From assembly GCA_051942245.1 (NCBI GenBank), contig JAVECL010000046.1, forward strand, positions 1 through 64,000: 64,000 nt of DNA, in the 5' to 3' direction. This stretch comes from Trypethelium eluteriae (taxonomy: Eukaryota). A program made the position numbers and the translations under genes. Below, piece after piece: positions 1-11,937 of this stretch (positions within the stretch are counted from its first letter, which is position 1; every line of letters starts with the position of its first letter). Under the pieces are notes generated by a model. The model was not told where the DNA came from. It saw only the letters and a list, made by a program, of their open reading frames with translations, and searched no databases.

Positions 1-363
1 GCGAGGAGGTTTTGGATCAAATGTACGAACGACAAGGCGGTGGATGAGATTGGGGCGCATACGAGCATGTTTCAGGGGGAGCAGAATCCGGGGTATTTCG
101 GGATGGGGGAGCGAGCGAAGAAGATTGTGGCGGGGTGGTGCCCGTTGGAATGGCTCAAGGACGTGGAGATCGAATTGGGGAGCACCTCAACCAGGGAGAC
201 CACTCCGACCACGCCGGGCGTGGAGAGGAGGCAAAGTAGCAAGATGCCCTTGAAGAGGATGAATACGGATGCTTCAATTACTTCCGAGAGCAGGACTGAT
301 GGCAAGAGTCTCAGGAGCCCGGCGTTCAGACGGAGCACGAGCGAGGCAAAGACGTCTCGGTGA
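1..363 (+). CDS. 3' end of a gene entering the window; probable alpha/beta-hydrolase-fold (DUF676-like) protein C-terminus
   Basis: Frame is open from base 1 (ARRFWIKCTNDKAVDEIGAHTSMFQGEQNPGY...) to TGA at 363. The DEIxAHTSMF...NPGY segment resembles the His-containing end of fungal a/b-hydrolase-like proteins. Partial, so the family call is tentative. Confidence 0.5.
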   Translation, partial: ARRFWIKCTNDKAVDEIGAHTSMFQGEQNPGYFGMGERAKKIVAGWCPLEWLKDVEIELGSTSTRETTPTTPGVERRQSSKMPLKRMNTDASITSESRTDGKSLRSPAFRRSTSEAKTSR

Positions 364-778
364 GCATGTCACAAGCAGCCTTATGATGACGATGTACTTG
401 ATGCACCTGAGATATTAAACCATAGATCTTCAGTACAACAGACCACGCCTTACGAAAGTTGTTCGATTTAGCTACAGAGGCTGTGATCGGAAATGTTGGC
501 CGGAGAAGATAATGTGCTTATCCCTGCCTCAAGGTCTTGCTGGGACCCTGCCGCGTTGTATGGACGAAGATAGGGCTATGAAGATTCCGTCCAGATTTTT
601 CTTCGATACTCTTATGGTGGCACGACCGTAGGAAGGTCATTAGGACAATCTAGTGCTCGAATCTCTTCAAACGTCCTCGCTCAAACGACTTCCGGCTGTC
701 AATCTAGGTTGGAGTAAAACGAGTATATATTTGTTGCGACCTATCTTTACGAATCTGGCTCTTGACGGATATCGAACA

Positions 779-2000
779 TTAGAATCGACCTTCGTAAGGC
801 CTTGCGATCTTCCCGTCCAGCAGCTCTTTCGCAAACTCCTTGAAAGTGATGGGCTTGAAGTCAGGATAGAGTTCTTTCACGTCCAGATATCCCAGATACT
901 TTGCCATCTCTAGAGTATTATCTCCACGAATGAATTTGCTGTAATTATACTGATGTATGGCCATTTGGAAACGTGATCCAACATCACCCGGGTCCTTATC
1001 GACAGCTTTGGACGCTGCCTCCAGTTTAGCAAGTATTTCCTCGCCAGTCTCCTGTCGAAGCCACAAGTTCGATTAATATCATGGTATCACGTCACAGCCG
1101 ATTCAATGCGGTGGGCAGAATCTAGGAATCGGCAGATAGCACTTACATATTTCCTCTCGATCTTTTCTCCGCTTACCTCCTCCATGATATCGAATATCTC
1201 ATTTTCACTCAACTCGTCGCTGTACGTGACAACAAATTTGTTGAGCGTTCGCTCATCCTTGATGATCCGGGCCACATATGTCCCTACGTCGCGTAAGTCT
1301 GTGAGTAGAGTCGGCGTATTTCCGTCACCAGGCATCGTGTTTTCGGGCATCATCTGGGCATAGGCTGTCCGTCCAGACGGAAGTGATGGGAACGTAACCT
1401 GGTGCCAGAAGCCACAGTCGATGATGGTGTAAGGCAGTCTGGCTCTCCAGATTTCTTGGTAGACAGTTTCTTTCTGTTGCGACGTTACTAAGAAAGCAGA
1501 TGGAAAGCATATAGGGAGAGAGGAAAAACCTCATCTCTGATCCACATGATTCCGCCGGGAGGGCAGACAGTGATGAATGCGCAAGGCACGAAGCGCTTGA
1601 CGCCTGCCTGTTTGGCGGCTTGAACAAGGGGCAATTGCGTAGATTGAGAGAGAGCATCGATGGTACTGATGACGGTGTGAACGTCTTTCATTATCGGAAC
1701 CAGTGCTTCGGCGCCATCTGCCGGATTGCCCACGCGGATCTCAAGCCCCTGCTTTTCAAACTCTTTGACTGCGGGCTTTTCGAGCGATGCTTTGCGGACG
1801 AGCAGTTTGATATCCTTCGCAAATCATAAGATCAAATATAAGTACATGAGCTTAGATAGCCCGGCAGAGGGAAGTCTGGCAAAGAAGAATAGGAACAGGG
1901 GTAGATTTACAAAGCTGCCATCTTTTATCAATGCATTGACCACTGCTCTTCCTGTCTCGCCCGTTGCTCCGAGCAAGAGGACGGATTGTTTTGTTGCCAT
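779..2000 (-). CDS. NmrA-like / isoflavone-reductase-family NAD(P)-binding protein (~324 aa, 4 exons)
   Basis: Exons 2000-1911, 1814-1530, 1473-1147 and 1051-779 join in frame. N-terminal Rossmann motif LLGATGETG, plus AKQAGVKRFVP, YTIIDCGFW and TDLRDVG. Confidence 0.88.
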
Positions 2001-4658
2001 TATGAAGGTTGAAGGGGAGCTTGTTTCTGTGTGCAGGATCGTCTGAATACCTAGCGAGTATGAAAGGGGACCAAGTGCTACGTTTTATATCTGTTGCAAC
2101 CTGGAGTATTGGATACACGAATCGATCGCAAGGATTCCCTCTAGCGTCATTACACTAGGTAGACGAGCAGCTGACATTACGAGAACTTGATTAAAAATGT
2201 CCAACACCTCTGGAGTAAAGTCCGTGTTGCCCCGTGCGCAGTTGCTCAAAGTTTGTCATCAAGTGTTTCACGAGGTTCTGCGGGGAGACATCAGCGCATC
2301 AGCGCTTCAACGCGGGAAGCCTGTCTCGCAACTGCGAAGTACAAGTACAAGACCGTACGATAGTGGCGACAGCGGTTACGAACCAGTCTCTCAGCACATT
2401 CTTCTATTGATATTCTAAGCAGACAGAATATTCGCCATGGTTTTCGGGAAATAAGAGGCATGCACATCCAAAATCCACAGCTGTCCGATGGATGCTATGG
2501 TAGAGTACCTAGAGTACACTAGCGACCGAGCACCTAGAATAATCGTAGCCCATTGGTCGATTCGCTCGCAGAAACGTTCAAGGTTGTTTCGGCTCGGATG
2601 GGGAGAGTTCCCGTCTCTCATGCCCAACGATGAGCACGTTCCAATGAGGGACTTACTTCAGCACCTCAGCATGTGGATCTAAACGAACGGAAGACGGAGC
2701 AACAAGGTGTATTCCCTGCACGTGACCCATGAACAGAATCCTCCTTCGATACAATACGATCTCTCCAATTCCAAAATTGCGCCTGCGGACGTCCTTGGTC
2801 ACTCGGGCTTTGGAAACAGTGAGCTAGTTGCAAAGGTAAAGCAAAATTCCCCAGCCCTGTCAGCTCGGTTCCTAAGCTTTCGCTCTCTCCTAGACTTTGT
2901 CGCGACCAAAAGTCTTTTCCCTCCGTTGGATTTTATCTTGTGATTCTGTGACATTACCCCATGGCGCGACTGTTGCAGAGCGGTAGCCGGCTAAAGCTTT
3001 GCACGAGACACATTGCCTTTCATTCGTCTGTTCTAGATGCACAACAGGAGAGCGAGGACTGATCCATTCATATACAGTATATTGTAGTTCTTTCCAGGAA
3101 GACTAGTCTGCTACTCTCACCCTTCTGGAATGATTGCCTAATTCGATACCGTTATGGTCTTTTCACCGTGAATACTAGCTTGTTAATGTTCTTATCTGGT
3201 GGTGGCCGTTCATTCTTATCTGATCCATCACGTTCCTACCGCAAAAATTGGCGCGACTGTGTTCTTGCTCATTTCTTGGCGGATGGTGAAAACCCACCTA
3301 GAAGGCTACCGACTATTCCCACTCAGAATTGAAACTAAGAAAAGAAGAATGGAATTGAAGTCAAGAACTTCCTCTTTTGAAAGAGCTCGTGGAGGCTAGC
3401 TGTGTTCAATGTCGCATTGCAAGATCAAATTACCTCCAGCGTCTCCGAAGTATATAATGTTCATTTCCCGTCCATGTTTGCTGTTGCGAAGGTACCGGTG
3501 ATACACCGACCTAGCGAGTGCAACGAAAATCGACCTTGAGCGCGATCTAGATTGAGAAAAAATCGAAATGACCAAATCAGGACGATAGCTTTTTGGATTG
3601 GCCAACGGTAACGCAGGTATATTCTTATAAAGATGGGGTTTGATACCTTTGTCATACCACTAATGTCCGATGACTGCAAGCGCTCCTTGCCCTCTGCGAC
3701 GTCCTACTTACTGACTAACGCAATCACCTCAGAACAGACATTCTCGAAGTCGACGAATTCCTCCATGACTATCGAAGCACATCTGCCAAAACAGAGAGTG
3801 GCATCTTTGATCAATAAGAAAAGGAAGTGGAATAGCCACATCAGAGATAGCAGAAATAAGGCTTGGGTATATAGGTGAATATTGAACTAGACGAGGTAGA
3901 GGATGAGCCTGACCTGGAGGAAATTTAGCCTACGAAGGGAGAGGCCACTAATGAGATAAACAGCGACTATGAGGTTTGATAGCAGGTTCTATTTTCTTGT
4001 GTCGAAATAGGTGTCGGCGCACGCCCTTCTCACAAATTCGTTGACACTGATGAGATGAGATTGGGATATTGATCTGCGATCTGCGGCTAATTTTGGACCT
4101 GAAAGGGTTACTTGAAACGCTTCAAGGAGCACCAAGCTGTTAAATCATCCCCTCGATCTGACAATACTAACTACTTCGGCAGTCATATCGCATATAGAAT
4201 ATTTGAATTAATGCACACGGGAATACTTTTAGTTGGACATTGCATTGTCATGACAATTAGAGTACAGAGTGCCTTCCCGAACTGAAAATGGAGGCAGAGG
4301 GTAGCCGGCGCGTCAGATATTGCGGCCCTGAATGACATCCCGTAAAGCTACACAAAGAGAGACAAGTCTTAAACAATGAAACGCTCGAGCAGTTCGCCAT
4401 ACTCAGTGTTAGTCGCTCTGGACCGAGTCGTTGTATATCCATAGACGACGATGATCATCTATAATCGCACGAACTGCTAATTCATTTTTGGAGAAAAAAC
4501 AAAGATTTGATGAAAGGACTTGTGAAAGTTCTTGGATGAAAGCAGAAGTGATTTTGAGCGATGTGTACACGTATTCGGAAGGCTTCTTTATCAGGAATTA
4601 CGGTACATAAGCTGCGCACCTTGCGCAAAGAAGCACAGTCAAAAACCAGAACTCAATC

Positions 4659-5966
4659 TTGCCTTCAAAAGCGCAATTACTCTACCCTTCACTCAATATT
4701 ATTATGGCCAACATGTCGTCTCCCGCATCATCATCTACCCTTAATGAAGCTACTAGAGTTGCTATCCGCCAAGCAGTCAATGAAGCACTCCAGGCAGCAC
4801 TACCAAGCCTCACCATTGATGTCAAGAACCGGCTGGAAGCCGACGCTCAACGGCAACAAGAGCTACAGGAACAAGAGCGGATTAATCAGCGTAGAGAGGC
4901 AATCGCCAAGTCCCAATATGAGGATGCTCACTTCGAGGATCACGAAATAACACAACAGAAGCTGTTCGCTAAGCTCCTCGCGTTGGACGACTCCTTGACG
5001 GATGATGATTTGGAAAAGAAATTCGAGTTCTCTCAGGGCGCGTTGTCATTCGCTACTGTGGATCGATACAGGAACAATTTCTTAGTGGTTGGGTCATGCA
5101 ATCCGATCGAATTCGCGGTACGTCTGGATTGGGCGGGGAGATTCCGGCCAGATAGAGAGGGACACCCCTCGACACCACCTTCCAAGTTTTGTGTAAGTTA
5201 TTGTATCTGCCAAGTCAAAAGATGTGGCGACGAGGACTGGCTGGCTTCTCATTCAAGATACTGTCCGGATAGTACCTCTGAAACAGAATGTGGAAACGAT
5301 ATTGGTCGGTTCATCATTGTAGGTAGACTTTACTACCGCAGACAAGGAGCTTTCCTACCCCGCCGCATAGGAGATCTCCAACGCTACCGTCAACCATTTT
5401 TGCAATCGCCATTCCTCGTGGTAAAGTCGTTGACGGATGGCGGATTCTGGATTGTTCTTGACCAGTGCTACAAACCCGTGGAACACTGGCATGATCCAGG
5501 CCCACTTCCGCCTAGTGAAGATGAGGAGAGCGATAATAAAGACGATGATCCAGGCCCACATCCGCCTAGCGAAGATGAGGAGAGCGGTAATAAAGACGAT
5601 GATGATGAAGACGATGAGGATGAGGATGAAGACGATGATGAGGAGGATGAGGATGAAGACGGCGATGATAAAGACAGCGACAACAAAGACACCCATGATA
5701 ACAAAGACCTCGAAGACTTTCGAGAGGAACGATACAAACGAAGCATCGTGAATTTAGAACATCGGTATTTTGATTTTCCAGGTGTCGGTCCAATCTCCTA
5801 CGCCCGCCTTCCGGATAGCATCCTCTCAAAAATTTCCCAAAAAGATGCAGATTGGTTCAGATTTGGGAAGCAATTTGGTGAGGAACTGGTCATCAGCGAT
5901 GAAGAATTTGCTTTCGAAAAGCAGTACTATGGGCCATTTGTCTTACGACCGCCTCGCTTTTGTTGA
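4659..5966 (+). CDS. Hypothetical orphan protein with N-terminal coiled coil and long Asp/Glu-rich tract
   Basis: 435-codon intronless ORF; the first ATGs are near 4704/4713. Contains a QRQQELQEQER coiled coil, an acidic low-complexity region and a 54-nt duplication. No family recognised. Confidence 0.6.
   Translation: MPSKAQLLYPSLNIIMANMSSPASSSTLNEATRVAIRQAVNEALQAALPSLTIDVKNRLEADAQRQQELQEQERINQRREAIAKSQYEDAHFEDHEITQQKLFAKLLALDDSLTDDDLEKKFEFSQGALSFATVDRYRNNFLVVGSCNPIEFAVRLDWAGRFRPDREGHPSTPPSKFCVSYCICQVKRCGDEDWLASHSRYCPDSTSETECGNDIGRFIIVGRLYYRRQGAFLPRRIGDLQRYRQPFLQSPFLVVKSLTDGGFWIVLDQCYKPVEHWHDPGPLPPSEDEESDNKDDDPGPHPPSEDEESGNKDDDDEDDEDEDEDDDEEDEDEDGDDKDSDNKDTHDNKDLEDFREERYKRSIVNLEHRYFDFPGVGPISYARLPDSILSKISQKDADWFRFGKQFGEELVISDEEFAFEKQYYGPFVLRPPRFC
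5491..5600 (+). repeat. 54-nt tandem duplication (2 copies) encoding DPGP(L/H)PPSEDEES(D/G)NKDD
   Basis: ATGATCCAGGCCCAC starts at 5491 and again at 5545 with few mismatches; a GAT/GAG-rich tract follows. Confidence 0.9.
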
Positions 5967-6106
5967 TAATGTTGTCTCTCGTGTTCCTCTTTGTCTCAAT
6001 CGGTTTCTCGTCCAAACACAAACTTGTATGATAGGTGGGAGTGCAATTGGCTGCACTACACAGCAAACAGTCACATTTATTTAATGCAGTCTAAATATGT
6101 GTAAAT

Positions 6107-7702
6107 ATGTTCTTGAATCAGGATATTGTAAAAATTCTCGCTCTCAAATTGTACAATATGTCAACCGGCGAGTGTTGGGACCTTTGGGGGAGCCATGGAA
6201 AGTGGGAGGATCCTTCTCTACACATTCTTCCCTATCCCCTTGGCTCAAAAGAACAAACGGCGCATTTCGATCAATGGTTCCGAAATATCACAGAGAATTC
6301 GCGAAAGTTTGCAAAAATCAACGTTTTGAGAAACATTCAAGATGCTATTGCAGCCTTCGAGCGCAATACCGACGATTGCCTTCAAGTTCTGGAAGAACAT
6401 CGCGAGACATGTGTTCAACCCACAACGAACGGAGACTATCCTATAGTGCCCCCATCCAAGAACCCAGTGGCTAGATCGATGTGGCAATGTCGACTCTTTG
6501 CGCTCTTCAAATGCGTTGTTTCACAACATCTTACCTTGTTCAACTCCTTTTGCTCCTGGGAAACAAATCCTCAAGAGGCTTCAGCAGTATCCTCAGGTGA
6601 AAGGACTCAAAAAGACCCTGCAGCAAATCCTCCAGAGGCTCCAGCAGTACCCTCAGGTGAAGCGACTCAAGAAGACCCTGCAACAAATCCTCCAGAGGCT
6701 CCAGCAGTATCCTCAGATGAAACGACTCAAAAAGACCCTGCAGCAGCAATACGGCAGGAAATTGCTAAAATACAGAAACGACTGGAGCAACAACTCAAAC
6801 ACCCAGCATTTGATTTGCGATGTCCTGAGCAACCAGGTAAATAGCTCGTCTTAATGTTGATATTGAACCTCATACTGACAACCGCAACCAAAGAACTGGA
6901 AGACGATTTCAAGTTTCTCAAGGAAAAATGGATTTGTCGCAGCGTTGTGGAAATTACACTACTAATTCTCCGGTGTCATGAAAAGGAGAAGGAGAAGGCA
7001 GATGAGAAATCGAGCACTAGAAATCGATATTTACCCCGCATAACACTTGAGCAACAGTCGCTTGGAAACTTTCTGGACACTCTGAAGACTCGGAAAACTT
7101 GGCAGACAGAAGGAAGGACACAAAAAAAGGTCCCTCCTTGTGTGCCTACAGCTGTGTGCTTTGACGAAACATCGCAAGCTGTGGGAGCAAGCAGACCTTC
7201 ATGGGATGTGGGTAAGAAGACGACGTGGAATCCTTGGGTTTTTGGTGGTAAAACGGACTTTTTCACGGCGTCTCGGGATTCCCGCATTCCTCCGCAAATT
7301 CGTGAACACCATTTCCAGCCGGCCAAAGATATCTTTGACAGATTAGCCTTGTTCAAGAACATCTTCGATGAGAAAGATCCAGCAACACCGCAGAGACGAC
7401 TAGATCTCCGCGCCCAATTCGGAAGAGAGTACTTTGGTCCACTGCGGCGGTATGAGCAGCACGTTCAGCAAGCTATCAACGGTCACACGGGTGAATTCAT
7501 TAATCCATGTGTTAGATGTTCCGTCTATTGGAATGCGGTCCTTCTGCAGCCTCGGGGGACACAGGTGACGTCAACTGATACCGAATCGACTGATCGCCCT
7601 ATAGGTGCTTGCGCAGAGCATTGTGTGCATGCAGAGCTAGTAATGCGGCCGCGAGCTGCACGGTGTTTGAGATTTGGTGAGATGATTTTGGAGGATGGGT
7701 AG
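6107..7702 (+). CDS. Hypothetical protein (~512 aa, 2 exons) with 20-aa repeats and a C-terminal Cys/Glu motif (possible permuted deaminase-like domain)
   Basis: ORFs 6107-6844 and 6854-7702 share a frame. A 57-nt intron at 6837-6893 (GTAAAT...CTGAC...AAG, phase 1) removes the intervening stop. C-terminus has PCVRC and GACAEHCVHAE. Confidence 0.65.
6564..6745 (+). repeat. 60-nt tandem repeat, 3 copies (NPPEAPAVSSGEATQKDPAA-like)
   Basis: The unit CAAATCCTC(A/C)AGAGGCT(T/C)CAGCAGTA...GACCCTGCA recurs with an exact 60-nt period. Confidence 0.93.
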
Positions 7703-9486
7703 GAGAGGCCTGGGAAGTGTGGCAGCAACTGATAGAGTACGGGATGGGTAGGAAATGAGGGGACAGTCGGCTTGTGCGCTTGCTTTACTGTTCGCTCTGC
7801 ATCCTTGCTTACCGAGCAAAGTCAATCTTGGATAGTGGACGTGCACTGGCGAGATGCGAAGTATCGTAGATCGTGACTTCTTTCGCGCTGGTTCTATTTG
7901 TATTTCAACGGCAGTTGGCACGGTTCATCCCCACTGTTCGCCCCTCGCACAGCGAGATCTCTGGGAACCTTTAGATTCGTCAACGTTTCTTTGTTAGCAG
8001 GAGGATCTCCTATAGGCATGTTGTCACTGCATATGACACCATGGTTCTTGATTTCTAAGGAATTTCTTTTGTTAGGAGATCCGTTTAGACTTTAGACCAA
8101 AGAGCGAGGTTACTCTACCCCATAAATCACAAATGACTGCATCCGAAAGCCTCAATATAATGAAGGAAGAACGTTTCCAGCTCTTAGTCGGAGAGATGAT
8201 CTTACGGGTCCGATGCATCTGACCCCTTCCCTTCGCTCGACACTACTCGGTCCTCTTGCTAGTACGAAACAACTTCCCAGACTTGGCCCGGCTCGGAGGC
8301 ACGCGAGGTTCATTACGGGCTGCTCCCTCAGAATGACACAACCGCAGCTTAGACAATTAGCCAATAATTTGGCTAAAAGCAGTATCAATCGTGGCCCCTT
8401 CCAGACATCCTCGCGGGCTTTGTTATGGATGCGCTTGGTTGATCTCTCAAAGCATGTGCATGCCCGTATTGCTTGGATATAGACAATGACACAAACAGTC
8501 TTCCAAATGTGCAAGTGAACCCCGAGACGTGGCACTCACACTGAGACCAATTCATACATGGGCTACCAAATTGTGCTGCTCATTTCACGTTTCGCAAGTG
8601 AAAGGGCGAAATTCTCATTTCGAACATGGAATCCATATCGTGCGAAAAAAAAGAAGAAAAAAAAAAAAGATATGAATATTTCGGTATCAGTGTCAATGCA
8701 AATGAAGTTGGAATACTTTGGAGAGAGATTTTAAGTCATATTAGTTGTCGCATGGCGAGTGCTGAAAAGGGTATCTGCTCAAACATTCCCCAATGAGTCA
8801 TCAAAATTGGAACGTCTATACAGGGGCAGCTCGAATGCTTGAGATCCGCGAAAAATCCAACTCTTCTCTCATTGAGCGATAGGTAGAATTAGCGGTGGCT
8901 ATGGTTGCAAGCGGAAAGTGCGGATGGAGCAGTGTATCGGATCCATGTTTGAGATGGAGCAGAAGCGAACGTCGAATGTGACATCTGGAGCTTTGATAGT
9001 ACGAAGAACATGTTGCTCCGGGAAATTACCTATCCTTACGCTTTGCTATGATGCGACTCTGCCAAATGGCTCCTGTGGAACAAAGAAAGCCGGTGTGATG
9101 CAGCTCGAGCAAGGCTTAGCGATAGGTGAGGACGGCTAATATTGTGATGTGCTCAGAAGTAGTAGCTGGGAAACTATGAACAGGAGTTCAAGAGCATATC
9201 TGCAGGTGGTGAATCACTTTGGCACCTGCGTAAGTCGACCCTCACACTCTCTACAACATCGCGGTGGAGAACAGAAGTGATGGTGTTTCGATGCGTCATG
9301 CGGGACATCGAGTCAACTCTCACCCCGCGAAACCTATAAATTGCTTGGACCTTCTCTCCACAGATCGCTTCTAGGATAGGATCTGACTTGGCTTGCGCGC
9401 CTCCATTCGCATTTCAATGCTCATGTGTTTATTACTGCGGTTTCCCAAATTTACCCAAACCCGCTTAGGTACCCTCAGTGGCCAAA

Positions 9487-11937
9487 ATGAGCACGAAAGA
9501 GAACAGATACAACAAACAGACAGCACAAGAGCGGCGAAAAGGTGACGCGGTATGAATACTTCCTCCTCAGTCTCCTCTTAGGTGCAGTCCGCTAACGGCA
9601 GAAACCGAAGGCCCTCAGTGACTTCGCCGATTACGTCCAGAAGCAACAATCACTCAGACGGCCCCCAAGCCAAGCGCAAGAGACCGACTACGTCCACAAG
9701 CAAAAATCATCTAAGCACCCGCCAGCCCAGACAGAGACCGACTCCGGCTATGGCACGGGTCCGGGCACGGCCACTTCCTCAATCATCACCTCCGAGCATG
9801 CTGAACTAGATATCATCGATTCACTAGGTCTTGCCGAAGAGTCCTCCCATGTCCGCTTACGCCATCTTCTCCTCGATAAATCTGCCGATGCCGATGAGTC
9901 CCAATCTCTACTGACGGGCTATCTCAACGGGCGGCTTGAGGAGGGTCACGGCGAGACGCTGTTTGACCTGGGCCTCGAGGACAATGGCGACGCCATGGGG
10001 TTTACACTTGAAGATTGGGAGTTTTCGCTAGTGAGGATAAAACAGACAGCGGAAGGCATAGGGGCCCACTGTCGAGTTCTAGCCACGCGGGGTGTTGGCG
10101 GGGAGGAAGAGATGGACGGAGAGAGAAAAGGAAAGGAAAAGGGCATTTACGGGAAGCTGATAATACGACGGCGGCCTGAGAGTGTGGATGATGTGATCGA
10201 GACAAGAATCGCAGTTGTGGGCAATGGTGAGAGCCAATCAAAGCATATATCATGGCAATAACTGATTTTTTTTCCTCTCCCAGTCGACGCCGGGAAGAGT
10301 ACGATGCTTGGCGTTCTAGTCAAAGGTGGTCTCGACGATGGTCGTGGCAAGGCCCGAGTCAATCTCTTCAGGCACAAACACGAAATTGAAAGCGGACGAA
10401 CGAGCTCCGTCGGTATGGAAATCATGGGATTCGACAGCCGTGGAGACATCGTTACCTCTGCCGTTCCTGGTAGAAAATTGTCATGGGAAGAAATTGGCAA
10501 CCGTTCCGCCAAAGTTATCAGCTTTACGGACCTGGCTGGCCATGAAAAGTACCTAAGGACAACTGTATTTGGACTGCTAAGTAGCGAGCCCAATTACTGT
10601 CTCCTAATGGTCGCAGCCAACAACGGACTCGTTGGGATGAGCAAGTAAGTGCAGTTCGGCTCCGATCAGTGCGAAAAATTTGATACTGATGAAACTCAGA
10701 GAACATCTCGGGATCGCGCTCGCCTTGAATGTACCTGTAATGGTTGTCATCACTAAAATCGATATCTGCCCTCCCCAGATTCTCCAGGATACCATTAACA
10801 CATTGACCAAAATCCTCAAATCCCCTGGAGCTCGTAAAATTCCAATCTTCATTAATAATCGTGAAGAATGCATCGAAACAGCTGTAAGTTCATCCCTCAC
10901 TGCTTCTTAATCCCGATTGAATAAGACGAGAGATGCTGTCAGAGGTGGCCAATATTTTGACCTCCATTTTTTGTGGGGTTCCCTCAGCATCACCCAGAGT
11001 AAAGAATCTTGAAGAGCTCAATGACGTATCGAAGGAGAATCGGTAGAACGTCTCTGGGAATCCTAATTCAGCTTCATATTAACAAGGGGGCTGCCCGCAA
11101 AATCCGAGGCCCTGTGTGCTTCACTGACATATCTTATCGCATTATCTGGCACTACTGACTTGCAAGAGTTATATACTAATTTGTCTTTAGACTCAATTTG
11201 TCTCCCGCCGAATATGCCCCGTATTTCAAGTCTCGAACGTGACTGGCCAATCTCTCGACCTTGTGCGCACGTTCCTCAATATCCTCCCGCATCATGGTCA
11301 CTACGACTCAGAGGCACCCTTTGAGTTCCACGTCAATGACACGTTCTCCGTCCCCTTCGTCGGTACAGTCGTCAGCGGCGTCGTCAAAAGCGGCGTGATC
11401 CACACCGGTGACACCATTCTCATTGGACCTGACTCTCTCGGCCAATTTGCGACTACAAGCATTCGTAGTATCGAGCGCAAGCGCATTCCGGTCCCCGCCT
11501 GCAGCGCCGGCCAAAGTGCGAGTTTCGCGCTAAAGCGGGTGCGTCGAAAAGACGTACGGAAGGGCATGGTGGTCCTGCACAAGCTCACACCAGATATGGC
11601 GCCAAAGGTGTATCGTGAGTTTGTGGCGGAAGTGCTGATCCTGTCTCATGCGACGACCATCAAGACGCGGTATCAGGCGATGCTACATGTGGGACCTGTG
11701 AGTCAGACCTGCGCTATCATCGACATTGATCGGGGATACATCCGTACGGGCGATCGTGCGATGGTGGCGTTCCGATTCGTGCAGAGACCGGAGTATCTGG
11801 CAGTGGGTGATCGGATTCTGTTTCGAGAGGGAAGGACGAAAGGGCTGGGGATCGTCAAAAGCCTTGGCTATGATGAGAAGAAACCGTTGAATCCTAACCT
11901 GGCCAATGGAGCCGAGAAGGGCAAAGGGAAAGCATAG
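9487..11937 (+). CDS. GTPBP1: GTP-binding protein 1/2-like translational GTPase (~656 aa, 5 exons)
   Basis: Exons 9487-9549, 9611-10226, 10284-10644, 10700-10883 and 11191-11937 join in frame. Motifs: GNVDAGKST (G1), [20 protein letters not shown] (G3), TKID (G4), then EF-Tu-like domains II/III ([22 protein letters not shown]). Confidence 0.93.
10921..11137 (+). ncRNA. Candidate intron-encoded structured RNA, possibly a box H/ACA snoRNA
   Basis: Lies in a 307-nt intron, whereas most introns here are 45-100 nt. Stems: GATGCTG/CAGCATC (10932/10985), GAGGT/ACCTC, TGAAG(A)GCT/AGCTTCA, GACGT/ACGTC. ANANNA boxes at 10996 and 11076; ACA at 11082 and 11127. Confidence 0.45.

Noticed and set aside
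2197..4450. Gene-poor stretch (also 7750-9400) checked for transposon or RIP relics
   Set aside because: No terminal repeats, transposase/RT motifs or marked AT enrichment were visible by eye.
6564..6745. Regular 60-nt repeat considered as a CRISPR-like array
   Set aside because: There are no unique spacers; the units are contiguous, in frame within a CDS, and the context is eukaryotic.
8645..8670. Poly-A tract (also poly-T at ~16652 and GGCTT(C/T) repeats at ~12008)
   Set aside because: Ordinary simple sequence; no target-site duplication or retroelement body.
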